Shown piece by piece: positions 26,043-39,122 of a stretch of 64,000 nucleotides of DNA. Position 1 is the stretch's first letter. Each line of letters begins with the position of its first letter. Source of the DNA: the human T2T-CHM13v2.0 reference genome, Homo sapiens; NCBI RefSeq assembly GCF_009914755.1, contig NC_060927.1. One strand, given 5' to 3'. A program made the translations under genes and the position numbers. The notes beneath the pieces are model-generated. The model did not search any database. It was not told the DNA's origin and saw nothing but the letters and a program-made list of their open reading frames with translations.

Positions 26043-27016
26043 TTAAGGAATTGGCCACAGACCTTGTCTGCAACAGTCCCTATACAAGATTTCTCACCTG
26101 TGGTAAGTAAAGAATGTCACTTTTTGACAGGTCCAGAAGCCCCAAGTTATCTTGGGACCCCAAGAGGAGAGGCATTTACTCAACTTATAGGTATTTGAGG
26201 GTACAAACCCATGGCTAAGCTTGGCTTTAAAAAGTCTCATCTAAGATTCCTTCTATAGAACAGAGTTCCATCAAAGCCAATTTAAATAGAGTCTGTGTGA
26301 AAAATAATTATTCTTGCTGCACTTTATACAAATAATCAGGCCAAGCATAATAAAGGAAATCAGTCTTACCATGAATGGTCTTCAGTAAAAATGGGAAACT
26401 GGAGAGCAAAATATTATGTTTCAAGAACTATGGTACACTTTTTATTAAATTCTAGTCTCATTAGTTGTTTCTAAGTTTGTTTCTGCAATTTAGGCTAACC
26501 CTGCTTATTCCTGTGAACCAACCAGTGATCTCTGGCTGCTGCTCAGAAGAAACAAGAGGGATGGGTAATGTAAAAATCTGGATCTGTATTCTAATTCTGG
26601 ACACATTACAATCAGCTATCAACCCCATATCAGCTTAGTTCAACAATTGCCCAGTTCATGAAAAGCCTTCTAATTTAGTTTACTCGGAATAACTTTACTT
26701 ATTTTGCTTTGCTTTTCTGGAATATATTGCTTTTATACTCTTTGTGCAGGAATACTGGACAAGCTTGCTGAATGTTTTCTTAAACGCTTATTAATCTTCC
26801 AGATATCACCTTTTGTTGAAACTCAAGAGTTATAAATGGATTTACCATACTGATGCTTTCTTACTGAGCTTCTCTATACCCTGAATGCAAGAGACCCTCA
26901 TAGTTAGGCAGGAATATCATCACCTCTATTCAGCCTAAAGAAGTTACAGAAGACGGATCTTCATCCCTCTGCAACCCTCAGGATTACGGGTTCTCTTATA
27001 AAACAGAGGGAGGAAA

Positions 27017-27570
27017 TATCAGTGGCGTGTGAACCAGAGCAACTCCGTCTTAAATAAGAGCTGGGTAAGATGAGGCAGAAACCTACTGGGCTGCATTCCC
27101 AGACAATTAAGGCATTCTAAGTCACAGGATGAGATAGGAGGTCAGCACAAAATACAGGTCATAAAGACCTTGCTGATAAAACAGGTTGCAGTAAAGGAGC
27201 CAGCCAAAACCCACCAAAACCAAAATGGTGACGAGAGTGACTTCTGGTCGTCCTCACTGCTACACTCCCACTGGCGCCATGACAGTTTACAAATGCCATG
27301 GCAACATCAGGAAGGTACCCTATATGGTCTAAAAAGGGAAGGCGTGAATAATCCACCCCTTGTTTAGCATATCATCAGGAAACAACCATAAAAATGGGCA
27401 ACCAGCAGCCCTCTGGGCTGCTCTGTCTATAGAGTGGCCGTTCTTTTATTCCTTTACTTTCTTAATAAAATTGCTTTCACTTTGTACTGCAGACTCGCCC
27501 TGAATTCTTACTTGTGTGAGATCCAAGAAGCCTCTCTTGGGGTCTAGATAGGGACCCCTTTCCTGTAACA
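27017..27570 (+). mobile_element. MER41A 3' LTR preceded by polypurine tract
   Basis: AGAGGGAGGAAA (27005-27016) then TATCAGTGGCGTGTGAACCAGAGC...TCCTGTAACA. Confidence 0.94.
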
Positions 27571-27635
27571 TATTAACATATCATGCTTTTTCCTATACAA
27601 ATAGGATCATACCAACTACATCCCTGTAAATTTTA

Positions 27636-27934
<299 letters not shown>

Positions 27935-28444
27935 AAATTTTAATTTTTCATTTAACATATCATAAGCATCTTTCCATGTCAGCACATTCATTTCTACCAT
28001 ATTATTCTTAATGACCACCCTTTGTGGAAGTATCACATTTTATTGGTAGGTATTTAGTTTATTTTTTGTTTCTAGCTGTTAGAAGCAATATGACTTGAAA
28101 ACTCTTGCACATCCATCTGGGCCTTGAATTAACCATCACACTCTCAGATTCCTTCTTTGTACATATTTCCATCCTTAGGCAGAGACTGTTGCCTGCACTT
28201 ACTGCCAAGCAGGGAATCTGACAGACCTTCTAGCAGATGGTCTCCTATGTTTCTCCACTTGGGGTCAACTGATATTTGACTAAACTGAATGGCCAATTAA
28301 ATTCAGAATTAGATTGGCTTTTTCCTCTCATTTATGTAATTTGCTGTTAATCCATGTGGATTAAACAATCGAATTTTATATTTTGAACAGATATTGCTTT
28401 CTTTATATATTTTGTCTTTCCTTTCTCTACATAAAAATCCCATA

Positions 28445-28560
28445 AAATGGCATATATATAATAAATATATTGAATAGAAATTATAGATATATTGAATTAT
28501 AAATATATTGAGTATATTATACATTCAATATACATTGTATGTAGATTAAATTGTAAAAAT
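28445..28560. repeat. AT-rich low-complexity tract
   Basis: Repeated ATATATTGA-like units. Confidence 0.7.
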
Positions 28561-29289
28561 TTTATTTCAATTTTGAAGGCTCATGAACATTCTCTACCAC
28601 TGATAGAGCCAGTCATTTTGCATACATAATCTCTAGTAACTTTCCCGAGGTCACATGGCTAATAGTGGCAGAGCAGAAAGTAGAACTCAGATTCCTAGTT
28701 TATGTTTGTTGTTTACAAAGACAGCACTGCTTGTAAAAAGAGGAATGATGAATAATACTGTACTTAGCTTCAGAGCCCAGCTCAGTTTTTATTCCAATAG
28801 ATTAAAGTACATTAGTAGCCTTTCAAGACCTTGCTTAATTACAAATAGCCTTTGATGTCTGCTGTATGTGTGCAAAATCCCTTTGTAGGGAAAAAAGAAT
28901 TTAAAACCATAAAAGCCTTTAGTTCTGACACGATGAGACATACTTTTTAACACTGATTCACATCCAAATTTATTCTAGGATGATTCCTGAGGCAGCATCT
29001 AAATATGCAGACTCGGAGACAACCTTGCTGCCAGCAGGGATTAAAGAATTTGTGAGTCACTTCTTGTATTCTAGAATGGCTGACAAAGAAATAATGTGAT
29101 TTCAGGGTTGATAGCAGTGGTTGAATGGAATCCCCTGGTGGGAGGTGGGAGTGGTTGGTGGCTTGTACTCTTCTACAACCCTTTAAAAAATCTGCATAGA
29201 CTTGGGGTGAGATCACCTCATTAATTTCTTTCTCCAATTAAGAATATTCTCATTTCTTTTTTTCTATTTTTACTTTTTAAATACCAATT

Positions 29290-29650
29290 AATAGATTTCA
29301 ACAGTGTTTGGAACATAGAAGGTACTCAATAGGCATTTTTTTGATTGAAGAATGAATGAATAAATGAATTTATTAGGCATACCAAGCATGTGCCATGTTT
29401 TGTTTTCAAGCATGTGCCGTATTTTGTTTTAGGCCCTGAGAATATAGCAGTGAATGAAAAGTCCAAAAATCTCTGCTATGTTATTACTCTTACATTTTAG
29501 TAAAGAAAATAAGGCAGCAAATTAAAAAGCAAAATGTATATCTTGTGAAATATTGATAAGAACTTTAAAGAAAAGTAAATCTGGGAAGAGGAAGATGATA
29601 CAGAGGATGTGAGTGATGTTGAAATTTTACAGTGGAATTGTCAAGAAAGG
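29290..29650. mobile_element. L2 fragments
   Basis: GGAACATAGAAGGTACTCAATA...TGAATGAATAAATGAA (L2 3' end) followed by opposite-strand L2 (TAGGCCCTGAGAATATAGCAGTGAA...). Confidence 0.6.
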
Positions 29651-31200
29651 CACACCTGCCCCTAATATTTGTAAGTGTGTGGGCAAGAATACTAATGGGG
29701 TGCACATACCATATATGTCAATATTTTACAATTATAAACTAAAATAACCAACTGTTAATTAAAATATATTATATCTTCCTGAAATACATCTTCATAATGA
29801 CAAACTTGAAAATTATGTATAAAGTTATAGCTTTTATATGACACACAATATCAAACATTATTAAATTTCATTATCAATATGTGTTTCTAAATGTTTTGTG
29901 GCCAGCCATGTTTAAAGACAAATAGAGACATACATTATTAATGACTTTTTATATGTTTGTTTTATAAAATGTATTCTATTTTTTTCATTTCAGAAAAATC
30001 TCCATCTAAAGAATCTAATATTTGACATAATTTTGTTCCGATCATCTAAGGGGCCAGAAATTAAAATATATGCAATATTAAACAAATTGAGTATTTTTAA
30101 ATCAAAAAAGTAAATTAAAATTAATGTAAAATATTTAAAGATAAAATTCTTTGACATATGCTTAAAATATTTTATTCTAAAAAACTTGAATTTACATAAG
30201 TTAAAAAGTAAGAGGCAACTATAATTAGTGAATATCAATATTTTACACTGAAATTTATTTAAAGCTGAATTTTAAACATTTTATTGAAAATGTAACTAAA
30301 TATTTTAAAACAGTTTTTTGAAATAAAATTATCCATAATTTTAGCTTTTAACATCTGTCTAGATTTCAATAAATAAAGCTTACATATTTCGTATATGTTT
30401 CATCTAATCTTACCTACATACAGATTTTAGAATAATATTAATATGAATTATTTGGTATCATAAATTTTTTCTCAACCACCAAGGACAACTATTGTGAAAA
30501 TTATGTGAACTCATGAGTATCCTTAGAACCACTTAGTGGAACATAAAAAGAAATAAGGAAATGGACTTTCAACCTTATTATAAAATGATATTTCATTATG
30601 CAAGATATTACAGCTTTCATATATTCTGAGAGGACGAATTTAACAAGATGATTAAATTATTGTTTCTCTTCCTCAATATATTAATTATATGTTGGCATAT
30701 AACTAACTACTCTAAAACTTAGCTCCTCAAGACAACAAACATTAATTATCTCAGTATCTGCGGGGCAGCAATATGCATATATTTTATCTGAGTGCGTGTG
30801 GTTCAAGGTCCTTCCCAAGTCTTCTGTGATTATTCCATGGAAGCATTAGTTGGGCTGTATCTCATATTTCAACTGGGGGAAAGATTTCTAGAGCCATTCT
30901 TAAAATGGGACAACTAGCATAAATATGCACAACTATGTTCAGCAACTGCTTTACCAAACTTCCTCTTAGCTGAAACCCGCAAATCTCTGTGGCTACTCTG
31001 GGGACACTTGATATGAGGGACAATATAATGGAGGGGTGTCAGAGTAGAAAGAGAAAGTGATTCACCTGTAGTTAAAATATAGTACTTTTGAAATTTTACA
31101 AAAATATGACTATGAAGACATAGCTACAGCTCTTCCCCTGGCTTTGGAAGTGTCTTAAAGTTTAAAAATGCATCATTAGCTTCTTCATAATTCATCTCTG
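29651..31200. mobile_element. hAT-Tip100 DNA transposon (Zaphod/MER115 family), internally deleted
   Basis: Left end GCCCCTAATATTTG...GGGCAAGAATACTAATGGGGTGCACATACCATAT and right end CATTAGCTTCTTCATAATTCATCTCTG match recalled Zaphod/MER115 termini; very AT-rich interior. Confidence 0.6.
30678..30890 (-). mobile_element. MLT1-type LTR fragment nested in the hAT element
   Basis: CATATAACTAACTACTCTAAAACTTAGC...AACAAACATTAATTATCTCAG...TGGTTCAAGGTC. Confidence 0.5.
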
Positions 31201-33152
31201 CTCTTGATAAAAATAAGCCAAGAAAAAAGAAATCCTACAGGAACAAAATGGTACAATACAGAGCAGATCTCTTAATTTTCAGAATTCAGTTGATATTGAA
31301 GTTATTCTTTATTCAATGTAGTCACTATGTGACTTCATCTCTCCTGAGGGAAAGAACAGGGATATAGATCAGCCTACCTCTCAAGTCTCCATGATTCTGT
31401 ATTCTCTTTTAAAAATACCTTCAGTGCATTCAGTGTCTCCAGCAAGCTGATGAAGACTCAAAGTTACCTGACCTCTGGCTGAATGGAAGGTTCTCAGTGT
31501 CATGGAACATTGATAGTCAAGAGAAGAATGCTCCAGAGCTGATACCTAAGAAGGCTGCTGGTGGTGGAGAGGGTGCCTATAATGGGAAGGCCGGAGCTAC
31601 TACCAGAGTAGAACATCTGAAACAGAGAAACTTCTGCATTGCAAATTAGGTTGGGCTTAGTTTCACCTGTGATTTATAGCTAGGTTCATTTATTCCTGTT
31701 TAACTTGGTTTTTGTTATTTGTATCTGTTTAACATGGTAATAATGGATCATTTTCATTAAGATGGTATCATGCCCTGAAAATGATGCCTTAACTGGAGGG
31801 ATGAAGAATTCCGCAATGACGTCTGTCATTCTTTAATTAATTAGAGTGCACCTAATAAAACCCAGAAGAATGAATATCCTGTCTGAACACAATTACATTA
31901 TGTCTGCATAAGGGCCTGCATTTGACTGTTCTGGGCTTCCTGTTTCTCCACATGTTGCAAAAATATGGACAACTTGAGCATATCACATAGCTATCGCATA
32001 TTGGGTTATGGGAGCCAAACTTAAAGATGGGTTCTGGAATTTAATTTTGCAAGTATTCAGTTGAAAGAAGGATTTTTGCTGTTTGTTGAGGTTAAAATAT
32101 CTTAGTGAAATCTGAAGTAAACTAATTAGTTGTAGGTCAGGGAATTATTTTAGTATTTCACAACACGATTGTTTTTACTAAGTCCAAAATTTGCCTAAAA
32201 TTTAGTGATTTTACGTTCACATTTTTTAAAATAGTCCTAGTTTCATATTTATTTACTTTCCATTCCTAGGGAGGTTCATGTTAGTCACGTCATAGTGACC
32301 AAATTTTTGGTTTAGAAATTAGGAACATACTAAAAATCTGGCAAAAGAGAATGTGTGTTTTACTTCATGGCATCATTTTTATTTTGTTTAGTTTTTACTT
32401 GCCAAAGCTGCCAAAGTGGAACATACAGGAGTTGACATAAATACTGCAAACTGACAGGCAATCCAAATATTTCTTTCTGTGGTACAGGCTTTTTTGTTAA
32501 TAGTAAATTTGGGAAGAATCTTTAAATCAGCTTCTAAGAAATTGGTTGAGCCAAATGTACGGGTAGCATTCAGTACAGGTTGATTTCTGCTGCTACTTTT
32601 ACTGGCAAACAATGGCCAACTGCCAAGCCATGGTCAACCCACACAGCTGTTTTCAATGATTCATTTCCCTTGATTTCCCAGCTGACCCATTCAGAAGGAG
32701 AATAGCAGTTTTCACACCCCAGTTGCTAGCCTTGTTGCTGCAAGGAGCCCTCCCCTTCAATTGTGGGAATATTTTGAAGGCTAAAGTAAGATACAGTTGT
32801 CCTCAGAAGCAAAGTTGATTCTATGCCTAGAATATAAGCAGGCAAAAAAGGCTGAGAAAAGTCTGGGAAATGTTGATTTCATGGTGAGGTGCTTACCATG
32901 GCTCTGATTCATAATATGCCTACCTCTCCAGCTTTCTCTCATACCACACCCTGACCTTAGCCTGGCATTCCAACCACCCTGGCAGTTTCCAAAGTACAGA
33001 AGGTTCTTTTACCCATTGGTACCAGTGCTATTCCTAATGGTTAGAATACACTTCTCTCTTGTTTGTTTGGAAAAATCCTGCTACCTCCAAGGTGCAATCC
33101 AAGTATTAAAGTCTCTGGAAGCTTTTTCCTGAACCCCCAAAGGTGGGTTAGA

Positions 33153-33381
33153 TCATGCATTATTAATGGAGCAATGTTGCCCAAAAGGGGTGAAAATTGG
33201 CACTGGAAGGCAAAAAAAATCTTACTTTTTAATGCATAAAGCATGGATATACATATAATATGTAAACAGATGTGTAATTTATCTGAGGCATTTCAATTTC
33301 AATTAGAAGGAGTGAGATTAAAAGAATGTCTAAATAGGCTTTTTAAGGTGGTATTGAACTTTTGTTGAGTCGAGAAACCTG
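33153..33381. mobile_element. MER112 hAT-Charlie element inside L2 remnants
   Basis: AAGGGGTGAAAATTGG...AAAAAAAATCTTA...TAAACAGAT...AATGTCTAAATAGGCT...GTCGAGAAAC. Confidence 0.65.
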
Positions 33382-34088
33382 GGTTACAATACTATTTAGC
33401 TTGTTTTAAGTCACTGATTTTTGAATGTTTGCTGCCCAGCATCATTGCAGCAAAAGCTGACTCATACCCTCGTTCCTTAAGGCCATCTCTCCTTCTACCC
33501 CAGTCTCACGATTTGAAACTTTTTGAGGCCTGGGGCACTGTTTTGGGCTTCACTGCCTCTATAGGACCAGACACACTGCCAGAATAGAGCAGATACTCAG
33601 AAAATGTATGTCCAATGACTTCAATGGGATCATAATTTCTCAGTCTTACTCAAGGCTTTTATACCCATTGTGCTCTAAAAAACAGCCTTCCATCCCTTCC
33701 AAATTTTTCTGCATCCTATAATTGAATGAGTTGGTGTTTTCATGAATTTTTTTACTCCAGCTACAACAACTAAAGAAGTGATGACTCAAAGCTGAATTTA
33801 CACCATAGATGTGTCCTGTTCAAATATCCAGTCAATGTTGCAGCTTAGCTCTTATGACATTGATTAACATACTCCATTTCCAAAAGGCACAGTGCATACC
33901 CTGTGGATACAGGGTAACCATGCCTCTGTCATGACAGCATTTTCACTGTAACATCAGTTAGATCAGAAGTACTGGGTGCTCGTTTGCAGCCCTATTTGCA
34001 GCTTTCTACAGTGGCACAGATTCCTGTGACTGTTTTAAATTACTGGAAAAGTCAATATTGGAAAATTTTTCTTAGTATGATTTGTATA

Positions 34089-34461
34089 TGCTATGGTTTG
34101 ACTGCATTCCCTCTCAATTTCATGTTGAAACTTAATCACCAATGTGATAGTATTAAGAGGTGAAACCTTTAGAAGGTGATTAAGTCATGGCGGTTCTGCC
34201 CTCTTGAAAGGTATTAATGCCCTATAAAAGAAGCTTCTCCCAAAATGTATCCCTTTTTTAGCCCTTCCACCTTCCACCATGTGTGGATGCAGCAACAGAG
34301 TGCCATCTTGAAGCAGAGACTAGCACTCACCAAACAGCAAACCTGCTAGTGACTCGATCTCAGACTTCTCAGCCTCCATAACTGTGAGAAATAGATTTCT
34401 GTTGTTTATAAATTACTCAGTCTCAGGTATTTTGTTATAGAAGCATGAAGAAACTAAGACT
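34089..34461 (+). mobile_element. MaLR solo LTR (MSTD-like)
   Basis: TGCTATGGTTTGA...CATGTTGAAACTTAATCACCAATGTG...AACTGTGAGAAATA...ACTAAGAC; TSD GTATA/GTACA. Confidence 0.9.
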
Positions 34462-34544
34462 GTACATATAATTCTTTTATTTTATAAATCTCTTTTGTCA
34501 ATATCCCACATTATAATGGTGCCGGAGAAGAAAATGCTGAAGGA

Positions 34545-34790
34545 TAGCTAACTTACTGACTATATACTACATTCCAGCCATTGCTATGTGTTGTCTATTC
34601 ATAGCCTCATTTAACTCTCCCAATAGTCTATTACATATATATTATATAATCCTGATTTACAGATGAGGGAAACTAATGATTAAGGCAATTAAATAATTTG
34701 TCTAAAAACTCATGGCTGGATGTCGGAAGGTTAGAATTCGAGCCCAGAAAAAGCTGACTTCTGAGCCTAAGCTTCTAAAGCACTATGGCA
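34545..34790 (-). mobile_element. MIR
   Basis: CTCATTTAACTCTC...TTTACAGATGAGGAAACT...GAATTCGAGCCCAG. Confidence 0.75.
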
Positions 34791-35768
34791 ATTAAAAAAA
34801 AAAAAAAGGTTCTTTCAAAAATACATAAATAAAATGCTATGTTCTAAAAGCATCTAAATAATGATGATTACAGTTGCTGTTAATAAGATTAAATAAATGG
34901 ACAGGTCATTTCAATCTGCAAAGCAAGATGAAATTTTGGCTTGCGGTAAGTGCATAATTTTAATTACAGGTTTACATGTGAAAAAAATAACTATCCACAA
35001 ACAGTAACAACTTGAAAAACAGATTCCAAGGAAAATATTGAGAAGTGTTTGTTGAGGAATTTGCAAAACCAAACTTGTTAGTTGTGATAGAAAAACATGA
35101 GCGAGTGTGTGTGTTGTGGGGCGATGGAACTGGTGAAGAGAAGGTGGGGTGGGGAAAGGGATAGAGAGAGGGGAGAGGAAGAGACAAAGGAGAAAGAGAA
35201 AAGACTAAAAGACTAAAAGACTAAATTCTAGTTCTTTTCTTTTGAAAATCCCCACTTCCCCAAACTTCCACTCTAATTGCCAGCATGAATGAATTCTTTT
35301 CACAGGTGTTGGTGTTACAATAGGACACCACTGATTTTTTTTAAAAAAAGCTAAATTGGAAAGTGACTGCATGCCTCAGAAAGTGAAATTAGAACAGACC
35401 TTTCCCCTTTCTAGGAGGCACTACATTTTCCATGTGGCAACATTTCATTTGGCTCCTTTGAAAGATCCAGCCAGAATTCTGTAGGCTTTAAAAGCAAGAT
35501 GGAAAGACTGGTGTTTCTTAAACTTCACTAGACCTTATTTTTTAAAATTATGGTGTTAAAACAGAGGGGAAGGCAATATAAGTAGAATTCAGCTCTTTTA
35601 GCTAAGGAATTTATCTCAAATGCAATTTCAGATTTCATTCTTATCCTGAAAATTATTTTCTTCTCTAGAAGCTCTTTTGTTAGCATAAGCTCTTTTCCTA
35701 AGACTTATCACTAATGCTGGTTTACTCCTACTTTTCAACTGATTTGTTACTGATGTTTCTCACACCCA

Positions 35769-35972
35769 GGAAGCAGCTACCCCAAAATAAGGGAATTAAT
35801 GGCTGAGACCAGACAATACAATAAATGGCCACTCCCTGGTAGGGAAAGACTTTGGAGGTGGGTAGAAATGTTTTAACTTTATGCTGCAGCTTCCTGGGTG
35901 TGACACTGAACTTTAGTCACTGTAGTGAGATATGAGGTAATACATTTAAAGTACTGTCAATGCTCGATTACT
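35769..35972 (+). repeat. Dispersed direct duplication, copy A
   Basis: Aligns without gaps to 39057-39260, 21 mismatches in 204 bp by manual count. Confidence 0.95.
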
Positions 35973-36491
35973 GGGAGTAAATACTCTGCAGTGGAAGGAT
36001 ATGGTCTCTGGAGAAAGTCACACTGCCACTTCCTGCATTTATTAACCATGTGTTTTTGGGCAGATTACTTAACTTCTCTGACCTTCAGTTTCCTCACCTA
36101 CCAAATTTGGAAATCATATTGACTTCTAACGGTAATCATAATTTGAATGAAGAAATGTATGTCAGGTTTCAGGTCAATACTTTTCCCCTTATTTCTTGCC
36201 CTTTCTTCTTCAGTTGTAAAATAATTTGGTTGTCAATATTTTCTCTAAGACTTCTTTCAACTTTATGTTATGCTGTAGTTAATTTCTATTGTCAGAAATA
36301 TTTCTTATGCTCAGTTTGCTTCCCTGGTTGAGTTTCCTATGAAATTTTCATGGACCATCAGAGAATAGCGGCAAACAGGAAATACACAGTGGAGGAAATA
36401 ACATGCTGTGGTTTTAGGTGTACAACTGACCACTGCTGCTTTTGGTTTGAATTCAGGAAAGCTAGGCTGCCACCACTGGAACAGAAACTTC

Positions 36492-38163
36492 TTCTTCTTC
36501 TTTTTTTGATAGTGAATCATAAATTGCATTTCAAAATGTAAACATCACTAAACATGCATACATGTTAAAACAATAAAATTTACAGTTTCATTCATTTTTT
36601 TTCTTTTTACGTAGAACATCATTACAATATGGAATCTATGCCATACAAAATACAAAGTTTTATCCAAGCAAGACAAGGCCAGACTGGGAATTGTACAACT
36701 GCAATATTTCAGTGTAGGGATCCAGGAAAAATGAAACATGACCTTCGGAAGCATGGTGGGTGCTAGTTAAAAAATAAATAAATAAATAAATAAAGTTCCT
36801 ACAGGAAAGAAAAACGAGCTCCAGGGAAATGATCTCGGACTCTTGGATTCTGCCTTCGGCTTTGGCTTCCAGAGAAGCTCCACCAATGGCTTCGGATGGG
36901 AAGGGGGTACCTGTGCGGGTCTGGGGCAGCTGGGACCCCAAAGCATGCATTCCAGCACATGCAAACAAGGAATTCCCAGTCACCAAGGAGCCACAGCAAG
37001 CCTCGAACCCGACAATGACAATGCATAGTTGCTCAGTAGAGAGACTCCCGCCTGCTGAGGCTGACCAGCTGCAGCGGCCCCAGCACTTGGCACCAGAGGC
37101 CTCCCCAGGGTGAGGCCAGGGAGCAGACTCTCCCTCAAACACACCCAGAGGCAGGCACCTGGACCTGGCACGGACGCTGGGGCTGATGAGCCCACGTGAT
37201 GTCCGAGCCACCTGGGAAGTAGCCCCTTGCTCCTTTCAGAGGGCAGCCAGGTACAGTGGCTCCTGTGCTGAGTGCGTGGCCGCACAGGCATTGGGTTCAC
37301 ACATCCGCTTTCCAAATAAGCACTCCCGGTGGCCTGTCAACGGGCCCTCTAGGAAGAGGCCAGGGAGAACAGGACCCTGAGTCCTGGGAAAAAGCCTTTC
37401 CAGCGCCCCACCCCCATGACTTCCTCCCTCCCTCCCATGACCCCCCTTAGGTGACGCTATTTCTCTCCCAACCTGTTTATTTTAAAATAAAAGTGGTAAA
37501 GTTTTGAAGCTGTGCGAGAAAGGGAGAAGCAGGGCAGGGCCAGGTGGCTACACTGCAAGTCTGAAATCTTGATAGGGGGTCAATTGAAACCAAGTATAGA
37601 CCCTCTTGCCTCGTGGACACAGGGCTCCCGTCTCCTGCCAAATTCAAGTCTTCTGACTAATTAGGGACAGGACAGCAGGCAGGAGGAGGCGCCTCACCCT
37701 AAAGGGTGCTCAGGCCTGTATCAATAGTAAGCTGGACTGTGAATCCACGTTCTGGTACCAAGTTCTCTGGAATGGGTCTCAAACAAGTCTTCGAAGCCTC
37801 AAAATCAGGTAAATTAGTCATAGGAACTGGTTCTCCCTGAAGTAATCCTGGTTTCAAAAACCATCAGCCCACATCTCAGATTTTAGCTTTGGAAAATATG
37901 GTGACCAGAATTGCATATGGAAACGGACAGCAAAAGATGTGGATAACCTACAAAGCGTTTCTTACTGGCTGCGATGTGACCAACACATCACACCCTTTAA
38001 ACTAACTTCTAGCACTGTCTTTGACTAAATGACCTTTTTAAATGGAAAAAAATAAAAAATCAGTGACACCTGCCAGATGTCAAAATAGGTAGCCTTGTAA
38101 ACACAGCCACAACCAGCAGCGGAGAAACAAGTCCATGCTACTGCTCAGATCACCTCTTCCTTA
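36492..38163 (-). pseudogene. Processed retrocopy of an mRNA 3'UTR (5'-truncated, no CDS); parent not securely identified
   Basis: Degenerate poly(A) seen as (TTC)3T7 at 36492-36507; TSD GAACAGAAACTTC (36479-36491)/GAACAGACACTTC (38164-38176); TT|GAAG endonuclease-like site; sharp GC/CpG rise over flanks; U-rich distal end and (ATTT)n on minus strand. Confidence 0.85.
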
Positions 38164-38324
38164 GAACAGACACTTCAAACATCACTCTGCAAGCTCTAGC
38201 TGAACAAATGTTTCTCAAAAACACCATCTGAAAGGGTGGTGGAAAGCATTGAGGGACACAGAAAAAAGAAAAGACACTAGGGTGGTAAAGAAAGAAAGAG
38301 ATCACTTGAATTCTTTTTGTTTTC

Positions 38325-38525
38325 ACTGTTAGGCACTTTATCAACTATATTGTGTGCATTACATTGTGTAATTCTTTCAATAATGCTGGAGAGAAACACT
38401 TTAACACCATTTTACAGATGAGAAAAAATGAGGTTCCAAGAAGTGATGTACTTCTCCAAGGTTAATCAGCTAATACCTAGGTCAGGATTCAAACCCAGTC
38501 TGGAGGCTCTAGTGGCTGTCCATTT
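38325..38525 (-). mobile_element. MIR
   Basis: CCATTTTACAGATGAGAAAAAATGAGGTTCC...CCAAGGTT...CAGGATTCAAACCCAGTCTG. Confidence 0.75.
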
Positions 38526-38549
38526 TACATACTGATTCCCAACAGTATA

Positions 38550-39122
38550 TGAAGCAGGAAGTGCAAGTTAAATTAGTTTAAGCAAAAATAGGAATGTATT
38601 AATCCCATAAGCAAATCATGAGAAGGAGTAGAAAGAATTAGTCCCATAAGCAACTAGTTCCAATGGATATATAAACTGTTGGTTTGCTAACACTCTTTCT
38701 TCCACTCTTCCACCCCTCCTTTCACCTTTCCTTTCCTCTCATCTCCATCTTTTTGTTTCTCACTGCATGTTAGCTTCATTCTCTCCACCACATTTTCCCA
38801 TCTGTCTAAATCCATTACCATAGGCAGCGTTGATGTTGCATCATGCTAGGTAAATACAACTCTTTCCTGCCTTCTCCTCAGAGAAATTACTTAGGAAATG
38901 ACTATTATTGTTGTGGTTTGGTTGCATATCTACTTCTGAACAATAATGGGAATGGTTACAATGACTGATTCAGGCTGGGTCACGTACCTAAACTTGTGAC
39001 CAGGGGTCTCTAGTTTTAGAAATGGAAACCCCTTTCACAACCACGATGTTGGAGAGGGAAGCAGCTACCTCAAAAGAAGGGAATGAACGGTTGAGACCAG
39101 ACAATATAATAAGTGGCCACTC
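38550..39122 (-). mobile_element. Old MaLR LTR (MLT1K/J-like)
   Basis: GTTTAAGCAAAAATAGGAATGTATT...TTAGCTTCATTCTC...TGAACAATAATGGG...CTGATTCAGGCTGGGTCACGT. Confidence 0.55.

Noticed and set aside
33897-33995. 8-bp hairpin TACCCTGT-GGAT-ACAGGGTA and a U6-like GTGCTCG..GCAGC
   Set aside because: Stem length is expected by chance in 64 kb; U6 similarity does not extend
36660-37211. 183-aa minus-strand ORF and overlapping ORFs in the GC-rich block
   Set aside because: GTG start, ORFs in several frames on both strands, no known domain; explained by the GC content of a retrocopied 3'UTR
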